Assembly: GCF_964213995.1 (NCBI RefSeq)
Contig: NC_135805.1
Location: 145,762,001 to 145,826,000, forward strand
Length of the DNA: 64,000 bases
Direction: 5' to 3'
Origin: Mustelus asterias
Taxonomy: Eukaryota
Below are positions 39,404 through 51,520 of this stretch, piece by piece. Made by a program: the position numbers and the translations under genes. Under the pieces are notes generated by a model. The model searched no databases. It was given only the letters and a program-made list of their open reading frames with translations, and was not told where the DNA came from. The stretch's first letter is position 1, and each line of letters starts with the position of its first letter.

Positions 39404-39677
39404 ATCGCTTCTTGGACTTTTGGCTCAGATCAAGTGTAGTATCTGTTGATCAAGTGTAGTATGGATAGGGTGCTGCACTTTGTTGAGGCCATTAGGTTAC
39501 ATTTAAGCTTCATATTCATATGAAGCAATTTTTTAAAGCGGCATCTCGGCCTTTTGCCTTGGAGGAGGAAACCTCAGGCCCAAGACAGGAGTGGATCAGC
39601 TTGGATCGGAAATGTCTCAACTTGTTGAGATTCTGAATTGGACTTGATTTGATTGAATTGGAATAAAAATACAAAAA
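39404..39677 (+). mobile_element. U2 snRNA-headed retroposed element (candidate snRNA-derived SINE)
   Basis: 39404-39447 matches U2 nt 1-44 (3 mismatches), 39448-39462 repeats U2 nt 25-39, 39541-39556 resembles U2 nt 4-19. Ends in AATAAA and an A-rich tail. Precisely absent from the paralogue at 59713/59714. Confidence 0.8.
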
Positions 39678-40308
39678 AAAGGTGCACAAAGTAATTTCAT
39701 GAACACACATCTGATTGGCCGCTGCTGGGGAGTGAGGTTAACACACAATATGTGGAGCAGAAAATACAGAGAGATTAACAAAGTGAATGGAGAATTTACA
39801 ATTAACCAACATAATTGGGGAAAGTGTCGAAGAGAACGACAATATGCCCTGGGAAGTTTAAATTACAAAAACATTTTAGCATGGGATTGTGTAGATGTGA
39901 ATATTGTGCAGGAGAGAGTGTGTGATAGGGGAGGGAGAAACAGAAGAACATCACTGTGTTTGTGTGTCCGTTCAGATCATGAGATCTCCGCATCATTCTT
40001 GTGTAAAACGCAAATATTTTTCAATCAAATTCTCCCCCTGTATCCCTCCTACTTCTCAAAGTTAGATTTCAATGCAGTTTCTAGGTCGATTTCCACATTT
40101 CAGCCGAAAACTGAGGAAGATGACAGCGATGGGGTGAGAGAGCGCGAACAGTACAACAGCGAAACGGGATTTAATCCTTAATGCAGCCTTCAATCCGGGT
40201 GAAATCTTTTATACAACATACACTAAAGTGTCAGGCACAGTGAGGATTGAACCTGGGACAACGTGGAGCCGGGATTTGAGTGGAAATTGAGAGTTTGGGA
40301 CGAGAGAG

Positions 40309-40384
40309 AAACACAGAGAAGGCAGCAGCAGCCTGGAGCTGACAGCAGCTTGTCTCCGCCCCGTCCGCTCGCTGCCTTTAAATT
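40309..40384 (+). promoter_or_regulatory. H1 promoter (H1 box, GC box, TATA-like)
   Basis: AAACACA 40309-40315, CCGCCC ~40356, TTTAAA ~40377. No proximal CCAAT. Same layout at 60350-60424. Confidence 0.75.
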
Positions 40385-40460
40385 GCTCAGTGTCGCCGCC
40401 AGACGCTTCATTTCTCATCCAGTTCACATTGACGGAGAGATTTGGTGCAGAGTTCCGGAC

Positions 40461-41078
40461 ATGAGCGACAGTGCAGCCGCCGAAACGGCTCCTCCAGCCG
40501 CCGCCACAGGCAAGACAGCCAAGAAGAAAAAGGCAGCAGCTCCCTCGAAGAAAGCAACAGGTCCCAGTCTGGGCGATCTGATCCTCCAGATCGTGGCGGA
40601 ATGCAAGGATCGCACGGGAATCTCCGCTGCCGCCATCAAGAAGGAGCTGCGGAGCAAAGGGGTGGATGTGGAGAAACGGGTGGCCCTGATCAGGCAAAGT
40701 TTAAAGAGGAATGTGGAAAATGGAAAGCTGATTCAGCTCCGTGGGACTGGCGCCTCCGGCTCCTACAGAATCGCTCAGAAAACAGCGGAGCGGAAAACTG
40801 TAAAGAAGGTAAAGACAGGAGCGGCCAGGAAAACCCCAGTGAAGAAAGCGGTGGCCAAGAAAGCAACAAAGAAACCAGCAACAAAGAAATCGGCAACGAA
40901 GAAACCCACAGCCAAGAAAACAGTCAAGAAAGCAATCAAGAAGGCGACTCCAAAAAAGAGCGTGAAGAAAGTAACACCCAAGAAAAAGATTGTTGTGAAG
41001 AAGGTCGCGAAGGGAAAGACATCAAAGGCCAAACCCAAAGCGGCAGCAGCAAAGTCTAAGAAAGCAGGAAAGAAGTGA
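40461..41078 (+). CDS. H1: Linker histone H1 (205 aa)
   Basis: ATG at 40461. Winged-helix domain ending GTGASGSYRI, Lys/Ala/Pro-rich tail with TPVK/TPKK motifs, followed by a stem-loop. Confidence 0.95.
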   Translation: MSDSAAAETAPPAAATGKTAKKKKAAAPSKKATGPSLGDLILQIVAECKDRTGISAAAIKKELRSKGVDVEKRVALIRQSLKRNVENGKLIQLRGTGASGSYRIAQKTAERKTVKKVKTGAARKTPVKKAVAKKATKKPATKKSATKKPTAKKTVKKAIKKATPKKSVKKVTPKKKIVVKKVAKGKTSKAKPKAAAAKSKKAGKK

Positions 41079-41114
41079 AATACACCGAGCAAATCCTAAA
41101 CCTCTTAACCCAAA

Positions 41115-41130
41115 GGCTCTTCTCAGAGCC
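41115..41130 (+). terminator. Histone 3' stem-loop of H1
   Basis: GGCTCT TCTC AGAGCC-ACCCA with AATGAGCTG downstream element. Confidence 0.93.
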
Positions 41131-41844
41131 ACCCACCTCTCTCAGGAATGAGCTGAACCCCCCGCGGTCAATGAATCGCTGTCCCGGCGCTGGGAGCAGA
41201 TTTCAGATAGAAATGTCAATCCAATATTCCCGCTCACTCGCTGACATGTTCTAGACCCGGACCCCCCTCACACTCTGCACTCAAACACAGGGATGTTGCT
41301 GCCTCTCCCTGACCCGGGAATGGCTCCAGGGGAACACTCACACTTTGTGTTAGTTTGTTTATTCACAGATTCAGGGTGTGGGTGTAAAAGAGGAATCCTG
41401 GCGGAGAAAGCCCACCTCACAACTCAAACCCCAAACGCATTTTATCAGCTGGGAGAGATCTGAATAAAATTCTCAACCCGTCTGGAAGAGGAGTTGTCGG
41501 GAATGGAACAGGAGGTGGGATTGAAATGGGAGGAGGCAGTTCGACAGGTTATAGAAAGGATTGCACTGAGGCGGAATGTTACTGACAAGTCTGGATTGAA
41601 TAGATCGGGTTCCTAACTAGCTTGTATCTGATATTCCAGTTTGTACGTTTTCTTCTAAAATATTGGTTCGAGCCGGCAGGAGGAGGAGCTGGATGGTGAA
41701 AGACATTTCACTGCTCTGTCTGTCTCTCAGTCCCCTCCCCGCCCCGCCTCTCTCTCTCTCTCTCTTTCTCAGTCAGGTCGGGGCGAGCTGTATAATAAAG
41801 GAAGCTGCAGCTGCTCCTCTCTCATTCAGCAGCGATTTGACTGA

Positions 41845-42165
<321 letters not shown>

Positions 42166-42198
42166 ACAAGTCCGCTCAATTCTCACACAAAACCCAAA

Positions 42199-42214
42199 GG
42201 CCCTTTTCAGGGCC
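42199..42214 (+). terminator. Histone 3' stem-loop of H4
   Basis: GGCCCT TTTC AGGGCC. Confidence 0.95.
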
Positions 42215-43035
42215 GCCCACATCCTCACATTGAGAGCACTGACCTCAGTACAGCAGCGGGCTCTTTCTACATCTCGAATTTCATGCAACTTTATCATCTC
42301 TTTAGGGATCGGACCATTCTGCATTATCCCTGTGACAATCCTGTTACACAACAAGCTGGACATTATTGCTGCCTGTTTCAGAGCCGCTCACGTTTAGAAC
42401 TCTGACCTTCGAGCAGGAGCCAGTATTTAAATGTTTGGCAGCATCCCTTTTTCCAATTATATTTCAACTTATGAAAGGGTAGATTACGCATTCACCCTGT
42501 GTGTGTCCCATTATGTGGAAATGCAACACCGCTCCAAAAGCTAGTGGCGTTTGCTACCAAATAAAATTTGGACTTTAACCTGATGTTGTTCGACTCCTTA
42601 CTGTGTCCCATTAAACAACAATGTCACAATTATTGCTGTCCATTTCAACATTTGTGTGAGGATGGAAAGACTGGCTTTGAGATAGCAAAATAGTGAACAG
42701 AATGTGTAAGATTGCAAAACTTCCTGCAATTTCCTGTTAATCATTTATTACCATGAACATTTGTGGATATTTTAAGCAGTTGTATCTTTTTATTCCATTC
42801 CTTCAATCGGTTTGCAGGGATTTCACTCCCTTCGACCGTCTAAAGCTGTTTTTTAATCATTCCTTCAATCCACAGAATCCCTGCAGTGCAGAAAGAGGCC
42901 ATCCTTCATGGTGGTGTGTGTGACACTGTTTTGCGCCTATCACTGGGAGTTTGCTCCCAGCCTGTTCTGGCTCTATCACGGAATGAATCTGAATGTGTTC
43001 CTGGTGCGAAGGCTGTGAGGAAAAGTTTGCAGTGA

Positions 43036-43651
<616 letters not shown>

Positions 43652-43700
43652 ACTGCCCGGACCCACTATTGGCCTTTCAAATCCAAAAATAAACCCAAAA

Positions 43701-43716
43701 GGCTCTTTTCAGAGCC
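43701..43716 (+). terminator. Histone 3' stem-loop of H3
   Basis: GGCTCTTTTCAGAGCC-ACCA with AAAGGAG downstream. Confidence 0.95.
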
Positions 43717-43959
43717 ACCAAATCCATCAAAAGGAGCAGTAATCGGCGTGTTGTGCGTCTTCGGTTCCAGGGTACCTGGTATTTACTAACTCCCAATCCG
43801 ATTTTGCAGCTGTTGAATCAAGAGTAAGCCATTTTTATATTGCGAATACAACAAATGGGGGGATATGGGCCTCGTTCAGCCGCCCGTCCAGCGATCTGGA
43901 AGAAATTATTCCAGATTTCCAAGTCGCATGCAGGGGAAGAGCCTCTGTTTCTGCTGTAA

Positions 43960-44170
43960 TATGGTTTCATTCATGGGCTGTCGGTTTCTCTGCGCTTCTG
44001 TTGTCCCAGATTGCATATGGGTTTGAAATTCATATGGGTATGCATGGCAGTTTCCAAAAGGCAGATTTTGTTGTCCTAACCCATTCCATCATCTGCATGG
44101 TGGGATTCGAACCTTTGTGTTCTCCGGAGTATTATCATAGGTCTCTCTTGCGCTCCGCCACTGCCTCCCT
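43960..44170 (-). mobile_element. Highly degenerate tRNA-derived SINE head
   Basis: Reverse complement contains GGGAGGCAGTGGCGGAGCG...GGTTCGAATCCCACCATG (B box). No complete cloverleaf. Confidence 0.5.
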
Positions 44171-44555
44171 CTTCCACTCCAGTTACGGAGTTCACGTAAT
44201 AATGAAAGATTCCCTTCGGATATTGTGTCTGTGCGGGCCACCCAGCACCTATACATTCTAAACCCATTTTCCAGCAATTAGCTTTGCTGGCTTATTTGAC
44301 TGTCCTTCGTTTGGAGGTTGCCGTGCAGGTTAAAGCCATTCGGCTATTCGAGTCCGCAACGACAAAAGATATGCGAATTAGGAAGATTGCCCATTCGAAA
44401 TTGCCCCTTGTCCGAGGAATTGGCAGGGTTCATACATGGGGTAATGGGGATCGGGCATCGATGAGCAGAATGGCCTCCTGCACTGCAGGGAGGAATCCCT
44501 GATCTAACATCTGCTCCATAATTCCACGTATTTACCCCGCTTTTCCTCTACACAT

Positions 44556-44822
<267 letters not shown>

Positions 44823-45541
44823 TTATTCCAAAATAAAATTCACATCCAAAATAAAGGCGGCAACCTTGCGGAATCTAAACTTTTAAAGTAAACCGTCGAT
44901 GTATTTGTAAGTTAAGGAACAAGTTACAAATGGAAATTAGTCCGAAGTTAAACTATTGAATGAACAAGATTTACAATGTCGTCCTACCTCTTTCTAATGG
45001 TCTAAATTTAGTCACAAATTCCAAATTAATTTTTACAATCCCGAGTATGATCAAGATGAATCTGGCAATTGTTTAAACCAGCCTGACCAGGAGCCAGAAT
45101 GTCTCATTCACCGCCCCCTGCAAATAGTCTAATGTATCCATTTTGTAATAGGCTACAAATTCAGTGTCAAAAGCGGAGTTTTCACTTTTGGTGCCAGCTT
45201 GCCAATATGGAGACTGAAGTTTCGACACCAGTAAGGTTGATGTTTAGCAAACTGATCGACAATTGAGAACATTCTTTAACTCAAAGAAACGGACGCATTT
45301 CCGATTTATTCGCTCTCTGTGCAAACCCAGCGACAAGGGCGGATATCAGAGCGCAGCCAGGGTCACCGAGCAGCCACTAAATGTAGCGACTTTACGAACA
45401 AAACACGAAGATCCACGGGACTCATTCTGCATCACTCAATACTCAAACTCATTAGAAAATCAAGTTCAAAGTGCATTCTTATTGACGATAAAAAAATCAA
45501 TTACTAAAAGTGGGCTTAGCTACTTCACAGAAGTTGTGGGT

Positions 45542-45557
45542 GGCTCTTAAAAGAGCC
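45542..45557 (-). terminator. Histone 3' stem-loop of H2B
   Basis: Reverse complement is GGCTCTTTTAAGAGCC-ACCCA. Confidence 0.95.
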
Positions 45558-45587
45558 GTTGTGTTTTATTCAGTGCATTGTGCAGTT

Positions 45588-45968
45588 TTACTTGGAGCTG
45601 GTGTATTTGGTCACCGCCTTTGTCCCCTCCGACACGGCGTGCTTGGCCAGTTCCCCGGGCAGCAGCAGGCGCACGGCGGTCTGGATCTCCCGGGAGCTGA
45701 TGGTGCTGCGCTTGTTGTAATGGGCCAGGCGGGAAGCTTCACCCGCGATGCGCTCGAAGATGTCGTTAACGAACGAGTTCATGATGCTCATGGCCTTGGA
45801 GGAGATGCCGGTATCGGGGTGAACCTGCTTCATCACTTTGTAGATGTAGATGCCGTAACTCTCCCTCCTGGACCTCCTCTTCTTCTTGCCACTCTTGGTT
45901 GTCGGTTTCTTCAGGGCTTTCTTGCCGCCCTTCTTGGAAATTTGCTGTTGCTTCTTATCCTCACCCAT
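45588..45968 (-). CDS. H2B: Histone H2B with divergent N-terminal tail (MGEDKKQQQ...)
   Basis: ATG at 45968. Core protein identical to the 15152-15529 copy. Octamer at 46046-46053 and CCAAT boxes upstream. Confidence 0.96.
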   Translation of the reverse strand: MGEDKKQQQISKKGGKKALKKPTTKSGKKKRRSRRESYGIYIYKVMKQVHPDTGISSKAMSIMNSFVNDIFERIAGEASRLAHYNKRSTISSREIQTAVRLLLPGELAKHAVSEGTKAVTKYTSSK

Positions 45969-47027
45969 TCTCGCCTTCAATTTCAGAAAAGCAATAACTG
46001 GAGCGGGCCCCAGAACTCAGTATTTATCGACTCAGACAAGGCCCAATGCAAATGAAGGATTGGGGAGGACAACTTTCCCCATTGGCTGATTCACAATGAT
46101 GTCAAATCGCAATGTTCTATCTGTCACTGATTGGTTACTTTCGATAGCCAATCAGATTCACTGCTCGTCACAGCCACAATGTCAGAATGACAGAGGTTTG
46201 GCAGTGCAGTGGGCTATTCGACTCATCCTGTCTATACTGTCTCCGGATTTGCAACTCACCCAGTCCCCGTTCTCCTGCCTTCCCTTAGGAACATTGCACA
46301 ATCTTTCTCTTCACAGAACAGCTTATTCCAAATGTGAACTCTTTCTTTGAACCAGCCTCCATAATACTCTCAAGCGGGGCATTGCAGTCTGTAACCATCC
46401 CCTGCATCAACATATTTTTCTTTCACATTGACAAGCAGTCATTTCAGTTCCGTGTTCCCACCTGCCTGATTATGTCATGCGGGGTGTAATTTCTCCAAAT
46501 TAACTCAGCCCATGCCCCTCAGGGGTTTGAGAGCCTCTACCTAATCTCTCCGCTGTCACTTCTCCAAGGAAGTTTGGACTTGTCCATTTTGTGCATCACT
46601 GAATCCCTTTTTTTAAACCCCATTCTTAAAGTTACAAAGCCAATACTGAGAATGGACAGGACGGAATCATATCCATTCCTTGTGCGGTGACACTGCACTA
46701 CCGATATGTTTTATGTTTAAGAGGGAGTGCTTTAACGTTCAGTGTCTTGCTACGAATATTTGGCTTGTCTGAAAGGAATACAACAGATGCTGGAAAACAG
46801 GATAAGTACTCATTTTCGTCATGTAAGTCTTTATTTAGCAGGAGACTGAATGAGTTTGTTTACCAAAAAAGAGGACCTTTTTTGGGCTTTGCTAATAGGG
46901 GCAGAGAGTACAAGAACAATGGAGCTTTGTTCAATTTGCACAAGTCACCTGTATGCCTCAGCAGGAATGTAGGGTCCTGTTCGGTGCACCCGACGTTAGA
47001 AAGCATGTGAAGACCTTGGAGGGATTG

Positions 47028-47647
47028 TGTTACAGGGTCATATAGTCATGCGATACGAGAAAAGGAAGGAGTTAGGTTTGTACCTGAGAAAAAACAGCTG
47101 TCTGAGTTCAGTTGCTGGAAAGGCCTGATAAAGTTAACAGCCTCCAAGCAACTCTCTCTTTACATAATCTTTCTGGAACCTCCAAAGCAAGTTTGCATGG
47201 ACGTCCAAACTATTTTAAGCAGGTTTTAAGTCTCCAGGAAAAATATTGCTTGTTGAAAACCAAAAGAGAAAATGCTGGAAAATCCCAGCAGGTCTGGCAA
47301 CATCTGTAAGGAGAGAAAAGTGCTGACATTACGAGTCCAGGTGATCCATTGTCAAAGTTTTGATTTCAGATTGCAGCATCCACAGTAATTTGCTTTTATT
47401 GCTTAATTGGAACTGAGTTACAGGTTAAGAATCGTTTCGTTCAAAGAAGTGTCAATGATTAAGAGTCAACTGTTTCATTTTGTTAAAGTTATACTCAAAC
47501 GGTGTCGTGGATAAAGCTTGTTTTGTCAGTGGAATTACTTCTGGAGCAAAAGCATCCTTTTCTCAAATTGATGCCAGAATAGAATAATTGTTTGGGTCTC
47601 ATCTGGCTTTATAATATACCTGGGGTTTCTGGTCTGAAATGCTAACA
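47028..47647 (+). mobile_element. Putative solo LTR containing a hairpin-repeat fragment
   Basis: TGTTA...TAACA termini, flanks ATTG/CTTG (4 bp, one mismatch). Orientation is uncertain. Confidence 0.5.
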
Positions 47648-47779
47648 CTTGCTCCAAACCCAAATTCAAATCGAATTGGATCTAAACCATGTTTCGCAGA
47701 GGAGAGACAAACAAGATCCAAGCTGACAAGATAACTCACTGCATCCCATCTTTGATTTGATCAAACACATGATCTCAGG

Positions 47780-49020
47780 CAAAAGGATAGATCTGTTGTG
47801 GTGCAACAAGAGGCCATTTGTTCCATCATTACAGCACTGGCTTTCCATATGAGCAACTCACCTGGATCCCACCACCCCCCCCCCCCCCCCCCCCCACCCC
47901 CAACATTCTCCCCTGACCATGTACGTTCTTCCGTTTTGGATATCAGTCTAAGTCAATTTCAAATGATTTGATTGAACCTGTCTCCAACGTACTCAGACCA
48001 TGCATTGCAAGCCCTAACAACTCGCTGCCTAAGAAAGCTTCTCCTCATACAACTTTTGCTTGTTTTACTCTTTACATTCCATTGTCCCCTCTCATTCTCG
48101 ATCCTTTCAGGAGTGGGAGCTGTTCATCCCTCTCCGTGTTGCTCAGATTCCTCAATATTTTCAAGAAATCCATCAAATCTCTTCTCAACCTTCTCGTCTG
48201 TAAAGTAAACAACTTCTCAAATCTATCTTCAGAATGAAGTTCCTCACCCCTGGAGCCTTTCTACAGTATATTTTCTGCACTCTGTCTCTGATGCCTTCAT
48301 CTCCTTCCTAAAATGTGGATCCCAGAAATGGACACAGGTGAGACTGAACTGGTGATCCCACAAATTGATCATAAGCTCTGTGCTGCTGTACACAACACCT
48401 CTATTAATAAAGCCCAGGAAACATTATTGACCTCTCCCCGAACACTGTGCCACAATATCTTCACCAAGATCTCATTTTCCTCAATGAATGCTCCTCTCGG
48501 CCATCATTTCTCATGGGAAAACAGTTCCAACTTCTCCAATTGCTTGATATAACTGTTGTTCCTCACCCCTGGAACCAGTGTTGTGAATCCTGAACACAAT
48601 ACCTCCAATGTCTTCTCATCCTTTCTAATGTCGGGTGCACCGAACTGGACCCTACATTCCTGCTGAGGCATACAGGTGACTTGTGCAAATTGAACAAAGC
48701 TCCATTGTTCTTGTACTCTCTGCCCTAATTAACAAAGCCCAAGATGCAGTATGCTTTATTCTCTCTTTCAACCTGCCCTGCCACCTTCAATGACTTACAG
48801 ATACATCCATGGAGGTCCCTTTGCATCTGCACCCACGTTTGCATTATATCCTGTATGTTATACTTTTCCTACAAGTCCTTCCAACCAAAATGAAAGATTT
48901 CACATGCTTCTGCTTTGAACTTTATCTGCCAACTGTCTTCCCATTCTTCCAACGTGCCTACATCCTCGCAGTAATACACTAATCCCCTCACAGTTCACTT
49001 AGCTTACACTTTCCTATCAT
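47780..49020 (-). mobile_element. Very old CR1-like LINE fragments
   Basis: Patchy similarity to CR1 3' regions elsewhere in the window. 48600-48740 is an inverted homologue of 46880-47020. Confidence 0.55.
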
Positions 49021-49029
49021 CTGAAGTTT

Positions 49030-49262
49030 AGTGTCACAAGTAGGCTTACATTAACACTGCAATGAAGTTACTGTGAAAATCCCCTCGTCGCCATACTACG
49101 GTGCCTGTTCTGGTACACTGAGGGAGAAGTTAGCATGGCTAATGCACCTAACCACAATGTCTTTCAGACTGTGGGAGGAATCTGGAGCACCCGGAGGAAA
49201 ACCACGCAGACACAGGGAGAACATGCAGACTCCGCACAGACACCCAAGCCGAGAATTGAACA
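49030..49262 (-). mobile_element. tRNA-derived SINE (second tail type)
   Basis: GTGGGAGGAATCTGGAGCACCCGGAGGAAAACCACGCAGACAC core and TCACAAGTAGGCTTACATTAACACTGC tail. Confidence 0.75.
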
Positions 49263-49799
49263 CAGGTTTTTTATATACACATTATATATATTTCAAACAA
49301 ACAATAACAATAGAAACATAGAAAATAGAAGCAGGAGCAGGCCTGTTGGCTTTTCAAGCCTACACTGCCATTCATTATTATCATCAAATTCAATATCGTG
49401 AACCCACCTTCTCCTACATATCCCTTGATCTATTTAGCCCCAAGAGCTATATCTATATCTTCTTGAAACCATTCAATGTCTTGGCCTCAACTACTGCCTG
49501 TGGTAGTGCATTCCACACCTTTGCACTCTCTGGGTGAAGAAATTTCTCCTCAACTCAGTTCTAAAAGGCTTCCCCCTTAACCGTCCACTGTGATCACTAA
49601 TTCTGGACACCCACACCATTGGGTACATTCTCTCTGAATCTACCCTGTCTAATCCTGTGAAAATGTTATAAGCTTCTATGAGATCCCCTCTCACCCTTCT
49701 GAACTCTGGTGATATAATCCTAACTAGCTTAATCACTCCTCATATGACAGACCTGCTTTCACAGGAATCAGCCTGGTAAACCTTCGCTGCAGTCCTACT

Positions 49800-50134
49800 A
49801 GAAATCATAGAAATCATAGAAACCCTACAGTGCAGAAGGAGGCCATTCGGCCCATCGAGTCTGCACCGACCACAATCCCACCCAGGCCCTACCCCCACAT
49901 ATTTACCCACTAATCTACGCATCCCAGGATTCTAAGGGGCAATTTTTAACCTGGCCAATCAACCTAACCTGCACATCTTTGGATGTGGGAGGAAAGCGGA
50001 GCACCCGGAGGAAACCCACGCAGACACGAGGAGAATGTGCAAACTCCACACAGACAGTGACCCGAGCTGGGAATCGAACCCGGGACCCTGGAGCTGTGAA
50101 GCAGCAGTGCTAACCACTGTGCTACCGTGCCGCC
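49800..50134 (-). mobile_element. Full-length HE1-like SINE
   Basis: Near-identical reverse complement of 14383-14726. Confidence 0.92.
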
Positions 50135-50184
50135 TACAGCAAAGAACTTCCTCCGTCAGATAAGGACATCAAAACTGCACACAA

Positions 50185-51520
50185 CATAGAACATAGAACA
50201 TAGAACATTACAGCGCAGAACAGGCCCTTCGGCCCACGATGTTGCACCGACCAGTTAAAAAAAAAAACTGTGACCCTCCAACCTAAACCAATTTCTTTTC
50301 GTCCATGAACCTATCTACGGATCTCTTAAACGCCCCCAAACTAGGCGCATTTACTACTGATGCTGGCAGGGCATTCCAATCCCTCACCACCCTCTGGGTA
50401 AAGAACCTACCCCTGACATCGGTTCTATAACTACCCCCCCTCAATTTAAAGCCATGCCCCCTCGTGCTGGATTTCTCCATCAGAGGAAAAAGGCTATCAC
50501 TATCCACCCTATCTAAACCTCTAATCATCTTATATGTTTCAATAAGATCCCCTCTTAGCCGCCGCCTTTCTAGCGAAAACAATCCCAAATCCCTCAGCCT
50601 CTCCTCATAGGATCTCCCCTCCATACCAGGCAACATCCTGGTAAACCTCCTCTGCACCCTCTCCAAAGCCTCCACATCCTTCCTGTAATGTGGGGACCAG
50701 AACTGCACACAGTACTCCAAGTGCGGCCGCACCAGAGTTGTGTACAGTTGCAACATAACGCTACGACTCCTAAATTCAATCCCCCTACCAATAAACGCCA
50801 AGACACCATATGCCTTCTTAACAACCTTATCTACTTGATTCCCAACTTTCAGGGATCTATGCACACATACACCTAGATCCCTCTGCTCCTCCACACTATT
50901 CAAAGTCCTCCCGTTAGCCCTATACTCAACACATCTGTTATTCCTACCAAAGTGAATTACCTCACACTTCTCCGCATTAAACTCCATCCGCCACCTCTCG
51001 GCCCAACTTTGCAACCTGTCTAAGTCTTCCTGCAAACTACGACACCCTTCCTCACTGTCTACCACACCACCGACTTTGGTGTCATCAGCAAATTTGCTAA
51101 TCCACCCAACTATACCCTCATCCAGATCATTAATAAATATTACAAACAGCAGTGGCCCCAAAACAGATCCCTGAGGTACACCACTTGTAACCGCACTCCA
51201 TGATGAATATTTACTATCAACCACCACCCTCTGTTTCCTATCCGCTAGCCAATTCCTGATCCAATTTCCTAGATCACCCCCAATCCCATACATCTGCATT
51301 TTCTGCAGAAGCCTACCATGGTGAACCTTATCAAACGCCTTACTAAAATCCATATATACCACGTCCACTGCCTTGCCCCCATCCACCTCCTTGGTCACTT
51401 TCTCAAAAAACTCAATAAGGTTAGTAAGGCACGACCTACCTGCCACAAAACCATGCTGACTATCACCTATCAATTCATTACTCTCCAAATAACTATAAAT
51501 CCTATCCCTTATAATTTTTT
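50185..51520 (-). mobile_element. Young 5'-truncated CR1 LINE
   Basis: Open RT frame to the natural stop at 50283 and (CATAGAA)n tail. About 5 differences from 20124-21460. Confidence 0.95.

Noticed and set aside
39404-39447. Functional U2 snRNA gene
   Set aside because: Only the first 44 nt match. The rest of U2 is absent, and the segment is an insertion missing from the paralogous site.
39699-40181. 160-aa ORF with a 138-aa counterpart at 59827-60243
   Set aside because: The shared frame is expected from a recent duplication. The N-termini differ by a frameshift, substitutions are largely nonsynonymous, and there is no recognisable domain.
40263-40460. N-terminal extensions of H1, H3 (43130, 63182), H2A (13336) and H2B (45980) in the ORF track
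   Set aside because: These start at non-ATG codons, and the H1 and H3 extensions run through promoter elements. The canonical ATGs lie downstream.
44095-44170. tRNA gene (GGTTCGAATCCCACCA on the minus strand)
   Set aside because: No complete acceptor or anticodon stems; better explained as a decayed tRNA-derived SINE head.
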